Source: a bacterium (GTDB lineage Bacteria > SM23-31). Taken from it: a DNA stretch of 64,000 nt. The notes under the pieces were generated by a model, which saw only the letters and a list, made by a program, of their open reading frames with translations, did no database searches and was not told the origin of the DNA. Both the position numbers and the translations under genes were made by a program. The stretch is taken from NCBI GenBank assembly GCA_965221205.1, contig OZ244870.1:1038065-1102064 (forward strand). The letters run 5' to 3'. Positions 42,242 through 52,748 of this stretch are shown piece after piece (position 1 is the first letter of the stretch; every line of letters begins with the position of its first letter).

Positions 42242-43630
42242 ATGAATCGGTTTATGGTTATATTGATCGTATTGGTGGTGCTGATTGTCGGTGTGGTTGA
42301 AATGGCAGTCTCACAATCCGCACATGAAATTATCCCTGAGCGTGAGCGGGTACAGATTATGGACAGTTGGCTGAAGTGGAAATTTGAACATGTGCTGCCC
42401 GGAATCATGCGGGGTGAAGACATCGATTTGTGGATTGTGCGCAACAACGAAGGGCCGGTGTATCTCTCGCTGCTTTCAACAGATTACGAGGGATTAGTTC
42501 TCAGCACACCTTCATTTCTTATTTTACACAATCAGGGTCCTGGTAAGGGGGTCGAGCGGCTGGAAGGAAACTATGCTGACCTTCCCGAGATTATCGAAGA
42601 GCGGAATCCGTCAGCAATCGGCATCAATATTTCAGATGAAGGCTGGCATCGTGGGGATGGATTTTTTCCCGCCGATGTAGAGGATTTTAAAAATGATCTT
42701 GGACGTAAATATGCTTCAAAAATAGTATCGGCAGCGAATCTCAGTATTGAATGGCTTACGACAAAATCTCCTCAGGAACTCAATACATACCGGTATGCTG
42801 TCCGTGTGGCACGTTCGATCATTGCAAAAGCTTTTTCGAACGATGTCATCATACCCGATGTTACCACCACAGCCGACTTGAACTGGTGGTTGATACAAGC
42901 CTATCTTGATAATGATTTTCTCGTTGTCGATCACCCCTCAGTTTCAATAATCCGGAGTAAAGACGAAATCCCGAAATATTCCGAATCTGCTCACTATTTC
43001 GAAGGTCGGAGCAGAATTGGCAATGGAGTCGATATAATTGTCAGACGGGGGGACCTTGTTGGGTGCGATTCCGGTATAAAATACATGGGGATCAATACCG
43101 ATACCAAGGCGTATGCCTATGTTTTGAAGGATGGTGAAACCGACGCTCCTGAAGGATTAAAACAGGGACTGCGGAATGGCAATAGGGTGCAGGATATTTT
43201 CACAGAAGAATGGAGAGCAGGACAGACCGGAGATGAAATCGCCCGGAGAGCTGCAAAGAAAGCTGTTGGTGAAAATCTGCGTTCGAGAATTTACAGCCAT
43301 CCAATCAGCTACTTTCTCAAACGATACGGCAGGAGTGGTTTATACTTTACCCGCGAACATTTTTTTCCCGGAACGTCATTCAATTCGGAAAGCAGGAATA
43401 CCGGTACTCAGGATCCGCACGATGTTCGAGGCAGGTCGTATTACTCTATAAGAAGCGGCGATTATCCGCTCCATTATAACACAATAACCTCACTCGAGCT
43501 TAGTAATACAACATACATTCCCGAATGGGGCAGGGATATAGAATACAGGCTTGAAGAGAATGTGATGTTTACCGAGCGGGGTGTCGAATATCTCGATGCT
43601 CGCCAGAGTGAACTTCACCTGATACGCTGA
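42242..43630 (+). CDS. M24 family metallopeptidase (Xaa-Pro peptidase/creatinase fold), secreted
   Basis: 462 aa with signal peptide; paralog of 43802-45223. Confidence 0.65.
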   Translation: MNRFMVILIVLVVLIVGVVEMAVSQSAHEIIPERERVQIMDSWLKWKFEHVLPGIMRGEDIDLWIVRNNEGPVYLSLLSTDYEGLVLSTPSFLILHNQGPGKGVERLEGNYADLPEIIEERNPSAIGINISDEGWHRGDGFFPADVEDFKNDLGRKYASKIVSAANLSIEWLTTKSPQELNTYRYAVRVARSIIAKAFSNDVIIPDVTTTADLNWWLIQAYLDNDFLVVDHPSVSIIRSKDEIPKYSESAHYFEGRSRIGNGVDIIVRRGDLVGCDSGIKYMGINTDTKAYAYVLKDGETDAPEGLKQGLRNGNRVQDIFTEEWRAGQTGDEIARRAAKKAVGENLRSRIYSHPISYFLKRYGRSGLYFTREHFFPGTSFNSESRNTGTQDPHDVRGRSYYSIRSGDYPLHYNTITSLELSNTTYIPEWGRDIEYRLEENVMFTERGVEYLDARQSELHLIR

Positions 43631-43801
43631 TAGGTTACTCATATATAGTAAACATATTGATTTCTTTTCATTAATAATTGCGAATAGTCCTGTAGCCTCT
43701 GGACGACGTGGCATCCTCTGATATGAGAATCCTGATTTCTATGTTTTGTTATATATGGTGAGACAATCAGAGATAAATGATTTATTAACGTTAAGGAGTA
43801 C

Positions 43802-45223
43802 GTGATGAAAAAACTTAGAATTATCGGTGTTGCACTGCTTATCGCACAGCTGTTTGCTGGATGCGATACTTCGAAATACGATGAGATTCATTCAACTGAT
43901 AACTTCAGCAACATCCTGCCGCAGCGTGCAGGCATTGAATTGATTGAAGATTGGCTCCAGTGGAAGATCAATAATTTTTTGCCTGAACTCATGGAGCGGG
44001 AAGGTATTGAAATGTGGATTATCACAGAAGATGACACGAGACTCTATCCGTTTTTGATTCCTGCAAACAGCGACGGTTTTGTCGGCCGGAACAGCTTCTA
44101 TATTGCTATTGCTCATAAAGCGGGCCAGGAAGGGGTAGAGCGGCACATGATCGGCAATTCGGACAGTTTCCGCGAGTGGGGGCCGATGTTCCCGGATCAG
44201 GTGTTTACACAGTCAGGCAGCCTCGAAAAACTCTCAGGAATCGTGACCGAATTAAGACCGGCAAAAATTGCGGCAGGTGCTGCATGGAATAACGACCTCG
44301 AAGCAGCGCTCGGTCCCACACTCTCAAACAGACTCGTATCTGCCGACCGGCTAGCAAATCTTTGGATGGAATACCGAACACCGCAGCAACTGGAGGCGTA
44401 CAAAACCGTTATCGATATTACCCATGATCTTATTGCAGGTGGTTTCTCGAGCGACGTTGTGACGCCCGATGTCACAACATCGAATGACATCAACTGGTGG
44501 GTAAAACAGCAGGCTTCCGACCTTGGAATTGATGTAAATTTCGGACCGACAGTCATGGTGTGGAGAAGCTTTGAAGAAAATAAAAAGTACAGTGACCAGG
44601 AAGAAAAATTCCGGATCGATGTTCCGCCGCATAACCTCTACGAAACGGTTATCAGGCGCGGTGATGTGCTTTCATGCGATATCGGAATCCGGTATCTCGG
44701 TCTCTCGACTGATATTCAGCAGGTTGCCTACGTGCTGAAAGAAGGTGAATCGGATGTCCCGGAAGGACTCATGGAAGCGCTACGCCGCGGCAACAGGCTG
44801 CAGGATATCCTCATCGAAGAATTCAAAGAAGGGCTCACCGGGAATGAAATTCTCTTTGCCACGCTTGACCGGGCAAAAGCAGAAGAACTCAGACCCGAAG
44901 TCTACTGTCACACGATGGGATCGTACATCCACCGGTACGGATTTAAAGGGGGTATCATGCCGAAAACCTATGCAGGTTTCGGTCCGTCGGTCGGTTCCGA
45001 GGGACATTTTGACGAAAATGGTAACCAGCTGCCAACACGGAATGGCGAACGGTCGGTCAATACGAACACAATCTATTCAATGGAACTCGACATCACGTAT
45101 GCCGTGCCTGAATGGAACGGTCAGGATATCCGGATCGTTCTTGAAGAAGATGTTGCCTTTACGTCTCAGGACGGGCTCTTTTTTCCCGGAGGCCGCCAGA
45201 CCGAATGGCTTGTGATCCGGTAA
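43802..45223 (+). CDS. M24 family metallopeptidase, lipoprotein-like
   Basis: 473 aa with signal peptide and Cys (LFAGCDT); candidate metal ligands in VLSCDIGIRYLGLSTD, CHTMGSYIH, YSMELD, VLEEDV. Confidence 0.7.
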   Translation: MMKKLRIIGVALLIAQLFAGCDTSKYDEIHSTDNFSNILPQRAGIELIEDWLQWKINNFLPELMEREGIEMWIITEDDTRLYPFLIPANSDGFVGRNSFYIAIAHKAGQEGVERHMIGNSDSFREWGPMFPDQVFTQSGSLEKLSGIVTELRPAKIAAGAAWNNDLEAALGPTLSNRLVSADRLANLWMEYRTPQQLEAYKTVIDITHDLIAGGFSSDVVTPDVTTSNDINWWVKQQASDLGIDVNFGPTVMVWRSFEENKKYSDQEEKFRIDVPPHNLYETVIRRGDVLSCDIGIRYLGLSTDIQQVAYVLKEGESDVPEGLMEALRRGNRLQDILIEEFKEGLTGNEILFATLDRAKAEELRPEVYCHTMGSYIHRYGFKGGIMPKTYAGFGPSVGSEGHFDENGNQLPTRNGERSVNTNTIYSMELDITYAVPEWNGQDIRIVLEEDVAFTSQDGLFFPGGRQTEWLVIR

Positions 45224-45321
45224 TGAATCCCGTCAATCGTAATACCGGTTTTTTGTGTTATTATCCGGTTTTGACCGGTTGTTATCATGGCTCACGTAAT
45301 ATCCAGATAACCAAAAGGAAT

Positions 45322-46893
45322 ATGTTCATGCGCTTTTTTTTGATACACTTTATCCTGTTGATAACAATAACGTCAACACTGTCTCATGCTCAGCCAATGC
45401 ATCAAGAGAATTCTCCATCAGAACAGGAGATCAGAGCATTAGTCCGTGAATACCGGACACAGCATCAGCATGCAATTATAGATGGATATATCGATCTGCT
45501 CTCACTGCCGAACCATTCATATAACAGCGAAGACATTCTTAGAAATGCAGACTTCATTGTTGATTTAATGGAAAAGAGGGATATAAAGACAAAAGTGTAT
45601 GACGGCGGGCATGAGAATCCGAAAAATCCGGTCATTTACGGTGAACGAATTGTGCCGAATGCTGAACGGACACTCCTATTTTATGCCCACTACGATGGGC
45701 AGCGTGTCATTCCTGAACGGTGGACAGATTCAACCCCTTTTTCACCGGTGCTTCGCCCCGGAAAACTTGAAGCGGGTACCAGTGAACCCAAACCGATTCA
45801 ATTTCCCGATAAAATGACACCGTACGAAGATGACTGGCGGATTTATGCCAGATCGGCGAGCGATGACAAGGCTCCTTTTATTGCAATACTGACGGCTATC
45901 GATGCCTTGATAGATGGAGGAATTGAACTGAATAATTCGGTAAAATTCGTTTTTGACGGTGCCGAAGAAGAAGGTTCCACACATCTGATCGATTTTATCG
46001 AATCGAATTCCGAACTGCTTACCTCCGATGTCGTATTCATCTGTGACGGTCCGCTCTATCTGACCGGACAGCCGACACTCTATTTTGGTAATAGGGGAAT
46101 TCAGAGTTTGACCCTTACTGTGTACGGTCCAAATACAAATCTCCACAGCGGCCATTACGGGAACTGGGCCCCAAATCCGGCTTATAAATTGGCGCGGCTC
46201 CTCACAAGTTTCAAAGATAAAAATGGCACTGTTGTTGTAAAAAGCTTCTACGACACGGTCACACCGCTCAACAACCGCGAACTCCGAGCATTGAAAGAGC
46301 TTCCGAAACTCGATGAACAGTTAAGAAATCAGTACGAATTTGCTGTTCCCGAAGGTTTGGGTATAAGTCTCAACGAACTGATAAATCGCCCCTCACTGAA
46401 TGTCAGAATGCTCGAAAGCGGTATGAACCGTACCATTATTCCTCATCAGGCCAGTGCTCTGATGGACATACGTCTTGTCAAAGGGACCGACGGAACCGAT
46501 CTGGTAGCAAAGCTTACAAAACATATTGAAAATCAGGGATATCTTATAGTCGATGACGACCCCGGTCATGAAATCAGAATGACCAACCCAAACATTGCAA
46601 AAATCACTGCCGGCACACCCACACCGGCATCCAGGACGTCGATGGAACTACCCGTTTCCCTCGGTATTATTGCAACCATGACAAAAACATTCGATGGCGA
46701 TGTGGCGCTTATACCGTCACTTGGCGGAACGATTCCGGCCTATATGTTTACCGATCTACTCGATTTACCTGCAATCGGTGTCCCGATTGCAAACCCCGAC
46801 AATAATCAGCACCAGTATGATGAGAACATCCGAATAGGTAATCTCTGGCGTGGAATTGAGATAATGGCTGCTCTGCTTATGGCGAGCTGGTAA
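45322..46893 (+). CDS. M20 family metallopeptidase (dipeptidase-like)
   Basis: Start taken at ATG 45322 (MFMRFFLIHF, signal peptide); ARSASDDKAPF and DGAEEEGS motifs. Confidence 0.7.
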   Translation: MFMRFFLIHFILLITITSTLSHAQPMHQENSPSEQEIRALVREYRTQHQHAIIDGYIDLLSLPNHSYNSEDILRNADFIVDLMEKRDIKTKVYDGGHENPKNPVIYGERIVPNAERTLLFYAHYDGQRVIPERWTDSTPFSPVLRPGKLEAGTSEPKPIQFPDKMTPYEDDWRIYARSASDDKAPFIAILTAIDALIDGGIELNNSVKFVFDGAEEEGSTHLIDFIESNSELLTSDVVFICDGPLYLTGQPTLYFGNRGIQSLTLTVYGPNTNLHSGHYGNWAPNPAYKLARLLTSFKDKNGTVVVKSFYDTVTPLNNRELRALKELPKLDEQLRNQYEFAVPEGLGISLNELINRPSLNVRMLESGMNRTIIPHQASALMDIRLVKGTDGTDLVAKLTKHIENQGYLIVDDDPGHEIRMTNPNIAKITAGTPTPASRTSMELPVSLGIIATMTKTFDGDVALIPSLGGTIPAYMFTDLLDLPAIGVPIANPDNNQHQYDENIRIGNLWRGIEIMAALLMASW

Positions 46894-47118
46894 AAAACAA
46901 CAGGGAATATTGCAAATAACTATTTGATTTTGGTAAAAATATTCGTATTATTACGCTGGAAATTATCTTCCAGTTGCTGTCTTGGTTTGTGGTTTGTGCA
47001 TTCCTCAGTTCACTCAATTATCATGTAACGCGCGAATTTTTCTCACTTCCGGAACGTAAAGTATACTTGGATTGTTTTAGATTCGCGTATCAGGGGAATT
47101 TCGCCCAACGATGGATAA

Positions 47119-47862
47119 ATGACTATGAAAACACAAACACGACGGGAATTTTTAAAAAAGAGTGCCTCCGCCGGAGGCGTTGTAGCGGGTGGGATATTGA
47201 TAGGGACCCTGCCGGCATTATCATGCAATTCAACAACACCAAGTTATAGAAAAGAGGAGCAACACATGGCACATGAATTACCACCTTTACCATATGCATA
47301 TGACGCATTTACCGAAGTAATCGATGAACAGACGATGCGTCTTCACCATGATAAACATCATCAGGGCTATGTAAACGGCCTCAATAAAGCAGAGGAGATG
47401 CTTGCTGCGGCAAGGGATAACGGCGATTTCGGGCTTGTAAAATATTGGGAAAAAGAGCTTGCATTTCACGGTTCGGGACATGCTCTGCACACGATATTCT
47501 GGAATAATCTCTCCCCGAATGGCGGCGGAACACCTTCGGGTGATCTAGGCAGTGCAATCGACAGGGATTTCAGCAGCTTTGACAAATTCAACGCACATTT
47601 TCTGGCTTCGACCAATGGCGTCGAAGGAAGCGGCTGGGGCATTCTTGCCTACCATAAAGCATGGGACAAACTCAACGTGCTTCAAGTCGAAAAACACCAC
47701 GACGTAACTGTCTTCGGCGCGGTTCCGCTTTTAGTGGTCGATGTATGGGAACATGCATATTACCTGAAATACCAGAACAAGCGTCCCGAATATACAAAAA
47801 ACATTTTCAATATCTTCAATTGGGAAGATGTTGCACAGCGGTATGCAGATGCACGCGGCTAA
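47119..47862 (+). CDS. Fe/Mn superoxide dismutase with Tat signal peptide
   Basis: Twin-arginine RREFLKK; LHHDKHHQGYVNGLN and DVWEHAYYL metal-binding motifs. Confidence 0.9.
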   Translation: MTMKTQTRREFLKKSASAGGVVAGGILIGTLPALSCNSTTPSYRKEEQHMAHELPPLPYAYDAFTEVIDEQTMRLHHDKHHQGYVNGLNKAEEMLAAARDNGDFGLVKYWEKELAFHGSGHALHTIFWNNLSPNGGGTPSGDLGSAIDRDFSSFDKFNAHFLASTNGVEGSGWGILAYHKAWDKLNVLQVEKHHDVTVFGAVPLLVVDVWEHAYYLKYQNKRPEYTKNIFNIFNWEDVAQRYADARG

Positions 47863-47907
47863 CCCGTGCATGCAATGGTAAAAAGATAATTTTCGGGATG
47901 AAAATTC

Positions 47908-47942
47908 GAGCCGGTTTCGTATCATACGAGACCGGCTTTTTT
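47908..47942 (+). terminator. Rho-independent terminator downstream of the superoxide dismutase gene
   Basis: 12 bp stem AGCCGGTTTCGT/ACGAGACCGGCT (one mismatch), loop ATCAT, followed by TTTTT. Confidence 0.6.
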
Positions 47943-48108
47943 GTGTCTATTCTTTTTATTTTAACCCAATAAAAATATTTTTAGATAAGACTAAAAATAA
48001 TATTTGCATGTCCTCATTTGTTTTTGTATACTATAACTTATTAGAATTGATCCATAGAAATATTGTTACAATTCAAACTATAAATGTTATGAGAAACAAC
48101 ACAATATT

Positions 48109-49320
48109 ATGCACAAAAATACATTTTCAATCGATAGATATTGCTGTAGCAATCCGGCAAAAACCGTATTCGCTTTTTTTCTTTTCGGACTGTTCGCCTG
48201 TGGTGAACTCCTGACAGAAGCACCCACCGGGGGAGATACTCTCGACGGAACACTTTCCGGAATTTCATCCGAGTTAAATGCATCGTTTGTTCGTGGAGAC
48301 GAAGCATTCGAGAAGGTTTTTACTGTATCATCTGGACTGGGTCCCATTTTCAACCAGCCGAGCTGTGAAACGTGCCATCAGGGTGACGGCAGAGGAACAC
48401 CCGAGACAATTCTGATCCGTTTCAGCAGAGGGGCCGACTTCATAGAAAATGAGGGTGGTGGACAGTTGCAGGATAAAAGTATCACAGCTGTACCGCAAGA
48501 GATTCTTCCATCCGGTGTCGATACATCGCCGAGAATGGCACCTCCGGTGTTCGGAATGGGGCTCATCGAAGGGATTCCGGATGAAACACTCCTTGCACTC
48601 GAAGACCCGGATGATCTCGATGGGAACGGTATTTCAGGCAGAGTGAACAGAGTACCTTCTATCGAAACCGGCACCATGAAAATTGGTCGGTTCGGCAGAA
48701 AAGCAAACACTGCCACGCTTGTTGATCAGGTCTCGCTTGCCTATCATCAGGATATCGGCATTACAACCGACGTAATTCCTGACGAAAATCGACATCCGCA
48801 AGCGGGGAATGTTGCGCTGGGCGATGTTGTACCCGATCCGGAACTTTCGATTTCAACCGTTTTTGATGTGGTGATGTATATCAGATTGCTTGCCCCGCCA
48901 GACAAGGGTTCTGAAACAGCCGAAACGGAACGGGGAAAAACAATTTTCAATGCAATAGAATGTTCTGCATGCCATGTTCCGTCACTGCAGACCGGTCAGA
49001 ATGTGATACCGCAGCTGGACCGTGTTGCTGCCGAACTTTATTCCGATCTGCTGCTCCACGATATGGGATCAGAACTGGCAGACAATAGGCCTGACTATGA
49101 GGCGACGGGTACGGAATGGCGGACACCGCCACTCTGGGGTCTCCGTGTTGCGGGCAATGCACTCGGTGGAAATGTTACGTACCTCCATGATGGCAGAACA
49201 TCCGACTTGTCAGAAGCGATTAGGCTTCACGGTGGAGAAGCAGAAATTGTACGGAATAGATTTAGCGACCTTTCCGAAGAAGACCGGAACGCATTAATTG
49301 CGTTTCTCTTATCATTATAA
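48109..49320 (+). CDS. Di-heme cytochrome c oxidoreductase (DUF1111/thiol oxidoreductase-like)
   Basis: Two CxxCH motifs (CETCH, CSACH); GLGPIFNQPSCETCH block; signal peptide. Confidence 0.6.
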   Translation: MHKNTFSIDRYCCSNPAKTVFAFFLFGLFACGELLTEAPTGGDTLDGTLSGISSELNASFVRGDEAFEKVFTVSSGLGPIFNQPSCETCHQGDGRGTPETILIRFSRGADFIENEGGGQLQDKSITAVPQEILPSGVDTSPRMAPPVFGMGLIEGIPDETLLALEDPDDLDGNGISGRVNRVPSIETGTMKIGRFGRKANTATLVDQVSLAYHQDIGITTDVIPDENRHPQAGNVALGDVVPDPELSISTVFDVVMYIRLLAPPDKGSETAETERGKTIFNAIECSACHVPSLQTGQNVIPQLDRVAAELYSDLLLHDMGSELADNRPDYEATGTEWRTPPLWGLRVAGNALGGNVTYLHDGRTSDLSEAIRLHGGEAEIVRNRFSDLSEEDRNALIAFLLSL

Positions 49321-49331
49321 TGTAAGTAATC

Positions 49332-49784
49332 ATGAGATCACTTGATAAGAGCATAACACGGAGAAAATTTATCAAACAGTCAACCAATTCCGTCGTTGCT
49401 GCAGGTTGTGCAGCATACGGACTTTCTGGTTGTGCGATAACTCAGACTTACAAAGGTACCGCCCGAGATGGAATGTTTACCGGTGTTATTGCAGAATATC
49501 CGGAGCTTTCGACAGCAGGAGGAGCGATCATTCTCGAAGCTGAAGGACTGACAGAACCGGTTGCAGTAATCAATATTGACGGGGCTGAAATCAGAGCGTT
49601 TTCCGCACTGTGCGCGCATATGGGCTGCACCGTCGGCGTATCGCAGAATTTTTTCCTCTGTCCCTGTCACGGTTCGACCTATGACCTTACCGGTTCGGTC
49701 GTCCGTGGTCCGGCACAAAAAGGGCTGAAACGGTTTCCGGTTACAGTAGACAGTGGTTCGTTTGCTATCGATCTCAGTAGATAA
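49332..49784 (+). CDS. Rieske [2Fe-2S] domain protein with Tat signal
   Basis: RRKFIK twin-arginine; Rieske boxes CAHMGC and CPCHGS. Confidence 0.75.
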   Translation: MRSLDKSITRRKFIKQSTNSVVAAGCAAYGLSGCAITQTYKGTARDGMFTGVIAEYPELSTAGGAIILEAEGLTEPVAVINIDGAEIRAFSALCAHMGCTVGVSQNFFLCPCHGSTYDLTGSVVRGPAQKGLKRFPVTVDSGSFAIDLSR

Positions 49785-49797
49785 AGGATTCAATTAC

Positions 49798-50973
49798 ATG
49801 AAACGAAATAGATTACTTTTGTTCTCATTTTTGTTCACACTTGTCGCTGCTCAACATCTGTGGGCATTTCAGGACATACGCGACGTACCATTTATCCGGG
49901 GCGGAGCGTATGATAAACCTTATCTCTATAAAATTGCATCTGGTAGAGCCGCACTCGGCGGGTACGCCGAGACTCATTTCAGATTTGAACGGGAAGAAGG
50001 AGTAACCGAAGAGTTGACCTTCGTTCCGAAACGGTTCAATCTCTTTATGCATGCAAATGTTTCTCAGCGAGTGCAGATGGCAGCCGAACTCGAATTCGAA
50101 GAAGGAACAGAAGAGATTCTCCTTGAACTCGCCGTTCTCGATTTCAGACTCCACCATACACTGACCTTCAGGGGCGGTATGCTCCTGTCGCCGCTTGGGA
50201 AGTTCAATCTGGCACATGACAGCCCGGCAAATAAAATGACTGACCGGCCGCTCGTCAGTACACAAATCATCCCGACAGCACTATCTGAGCCCGGCATGGG
50301 AATTCTCGGATCGTTTTATCCGTCTGCACAATCCCGATTAACATATGAACTCTATGCAGTAAATGGATTCACCTCCGATATCATAGACGAAAGTCCCGAC
50401 GGGACGCGTATTTCGAAGGGGAAACACAATATCGAAGATAATAACAATTCACCGGCGTTTGTCGGGCGGATCGGATACAGCCCAATACCGGAAACCGATC
50501 TCGGTTTTTCATGGCATTCCGGAAAATATAATGTTACCGAATTAGATGGACTCACTATCGATGAAGACAGGAATTTGACGATTCTTGCACTCGACGGGGA
50601 AGTGAGACGAGGCAGGTATGAACTGCTTGGCGAATATGCTCATGCATCGATCGATATTCCGACAAATCTTACGGGGACAATATACGCATCAGGACAGCAG
50701 GGGTTCTACTTGCAAGCTAGTGCGGCATTCCTGAACGGGATAATCGCGACGATCCCGGAATCATATTTTGAAGGGGTTGTCCGGTACGATAGGGTTGATT
50801 TTGATACAGATGTTGATGGTGACACCGATACACGGCTGACACTCGGATTAAATTTCCGGCCGTCAGCCGATTCAGTACTCAAATTCAACTATGCCTACAA
50901 CTGGATGCGTAATGGGCTCAATGTTGAAACGAACAGCGCAGGTATCCTTTTCAGTTTTGCAACATATTTTTGA
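49798..50973 (+). CDS. Outer-membrane beta-barrel (porin-like) protein
   Basis: Start taken at ATG 49798 (MKRNRLLLFSFLFTLVAA signal peptide); alternating amphipathic strands; C-terminal FSFATYF. Confidence 0.5.
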   Translation: MKRNRLLLFSFLFTLVAAQHLWAFQDIRDVPFIRGGAYDKPYLYKIASGRAALGGYAETHFRFEREEGVTEELTFVPKRFNLFMHANVSQRVQMAAELEFEEGTEEILLELAVLDFRLHHTLTFRGGMLLSPLGKFNLAHDSPANKMTDRPLVSTQIIPTALSEPGMGILGSFYPSAQSRLTYELYAVNGFTSDIIDESPDGTRISKGKHNIEDNNNSPAFVGRIGYSPIPETDLGFSWHSGKYNVTELDGLTIDEDRNLTILALDGEVRRGRYELLGEYAHASIDIPTNLTGTIYASGQQGFYLQASAAFLNGIIATIPESYFEGVVRYDRVDFDTDVDGDTDTRLTLGLNFRPSADSVLKFNYAYNWMRNGLNVETNSAGILFSFATYF

Positions 50974-51078
50974 TGAGCCGCTTTAATCGAACAACAGAAA
51001 ATTAGAAATATTTTACTGGAACATTTGAATTAAAATGCATATAATTTTATCAATTGTGGAACACAGGAAGATGATACT

Positions 51079-51426
51079 ATGGCTGATATTAAATGGTACT
51101 ACCACCGCACTGGCTGAACTTCCTGCAAACGGTCGCAGGAGTTCCTTGCGGATAATGCTTTAGAATTTGAAACACTCGAAAGCACATCAAAAAAGAAGTA
51201 CACAGCGGACGATATACCCGGACTGCTCAAAGATATTGATGAGATCTATGTTGGGAAGGGGACAAATGTTGTCCATTTCGATCTACAGAAAGATAAACCG
51301 ACCGCTGACGAATTGAACAGTGTCCTTCTGGGACGGTCGGGTACACTCCGGGCACCTTCAATGAAGGCAGAGAAAACGCTCATCGTCGGATTCAACGAGG
51401 AGATGTACCGAAACGTGTTCGGGTAA
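51079..51426 (+). CDS. ArsC/Spx-family thioredoxin-fold protein with in-frame UGA in a U-x-x-C motif (candidate selenoprotein)
   Basis: One frame from ATG 51079 to TAA 51424-51426 reads MADIKWYYHRTG-[TGA 51115-51117]-TSCKRSQEFLADNALEF..; the UGA sits where Spx has the first Cys of CTSC and ArsC its catalytic Cys; hairpin with 7 bp stem and loop AAACGGUC starts 3 nt after the UGA. Confidence 0.5.
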
Positions 51427-51606
51427 AAAATGCTTGTTAATCAAAGGGTCTGCAAAGCAGGCCTTTTTTATTGCAGCAGCCTCTATTTTTCCAACACTGT
51501 CTTGACTTTGTGGAAGGTTTTACCTATTTTTACTACGAATATAACTCGTTCTTAAAGACACTCTCATCAAATATTATATCCATTCACTATTCAAATTATT
51601 TGATAG

Positions 51607-52500
51607 ATGGCAGACAGTATTCAGGATATTCTCAGCAAGAAATTCGAAGTTCTTAAAAACGGATTTGTGGTACTTGTCGATGTAATGGGTGACGATTCCT
51701 CCATTGTACAGGCCGCACGTGTCAGTTACGGCAAAGGGACAAAAAAAGTGAGCCAGGACCGGGGGCTGATCAGGTATCTCATGCGTCACCGCCACACGAC
51801 TCCGTTCGAAATGGTCGAATTTAAATTTCTCGTCAAGCTTCCGATCTTTGTTGCTCGGCAGTGGATTCGCCACAGGACGGCAAACGTCAATGAATACTCT
51901 GCCCGCTATTCGGTCCTTGAAGATGAGTTTTATATTCCAGAGACCGGTTTTCTTGCAGGACAATCGACCTCGAACAGACAGGGTAGAGAAACCGCGGTCC
52001 CGCTGGAAGAATCCGAACAGGTCCGCTCATCGATTATTGAACACAGCGAAAAGTCATATAGTCTCTATGAATACCTCCTGAATGAAGAGGGTGAAAACGA
52101 AGATACCCAACGGAGCAAACTTGCACGCGAGCTTGCCCGAATTGTCATTCCTACCAATGTATATACCCAGTGGTACTGGAAAATTGACCTCCACAATCTC
52201 TTCCATTTTTTGTCCCTCAGAATGGACAGCCACGCCCAGTATGAAATACGCGAATATGCGAATGTCATGGCCGACATGGTCAAGGCTGCTGTTCCCGTCG
52301 CGCATGAAGCCTTCGAAGATTACATGCTGAATGCAATGCGTTTAACAGGTTTAGAGATAGATATTCTCGGTCCGATTTTGCAAAAAGCCGGGATCACTGA
52401 ACAGCAGCTTGACGACGCCTGTGAAGCTGCCGGATTATCGAATAAACGGGAAAAACAGGAGTTTCTCGACAAGATGAAACGCCTCTCGAACAGTAAATAG
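51607..52500 (+). CDS. thyX: FAD-dependent thymidylate synthase ThyX
   Basis: ThyX signature RHRTANVNEYSARYS; 297 aa. Confidence 0.9.
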   Translation: MADSIQDILSKKFEVLKNGFVVLVDVMGDDSSIVQAARVSYGKGTKKVSQDRGLIRYLMRHRHTTPFEMVEFKFLVKLPIFVARQWIRHRTANVNEYSARYSVLEDEFYIPETGFLAGQSTSNRQGRETAVPLEESEQVRSSIIEHSEKSYSLYEYLLNEEGENEDTQRSKLARELARIVIPTNVYTQWYWKIDLHNLFHFLSLRMDSHAQYEIREYANVMADMVKAAVPVAHEAFEDYMLNAMRLTGLEIDILGPILQKAGITEQQLDDACEAAGLSNKREKQEFLDKMKRLSNSK

Positions 52501-52748
52501 CTGTTGTCATTATCCTGTTTTGTTTGATTAGTGTTACGGATCTAACTTTTGTAAAAATCAGCACTACATAAAATCATTATAAATCTTCCATATAGATAAT
52601 AGTTTTTTGACCGGAGTGCTGATTTATAATCGGCTCGTAGCTGAGAAATCTCGGGCCTTATTATAATAATAATGTATGTTTTAAATACACACTGACCTCA
52701 TCCGGCCGTTCAGAAGACACTGACCGGAACAAAGGTGTCACACAGATA

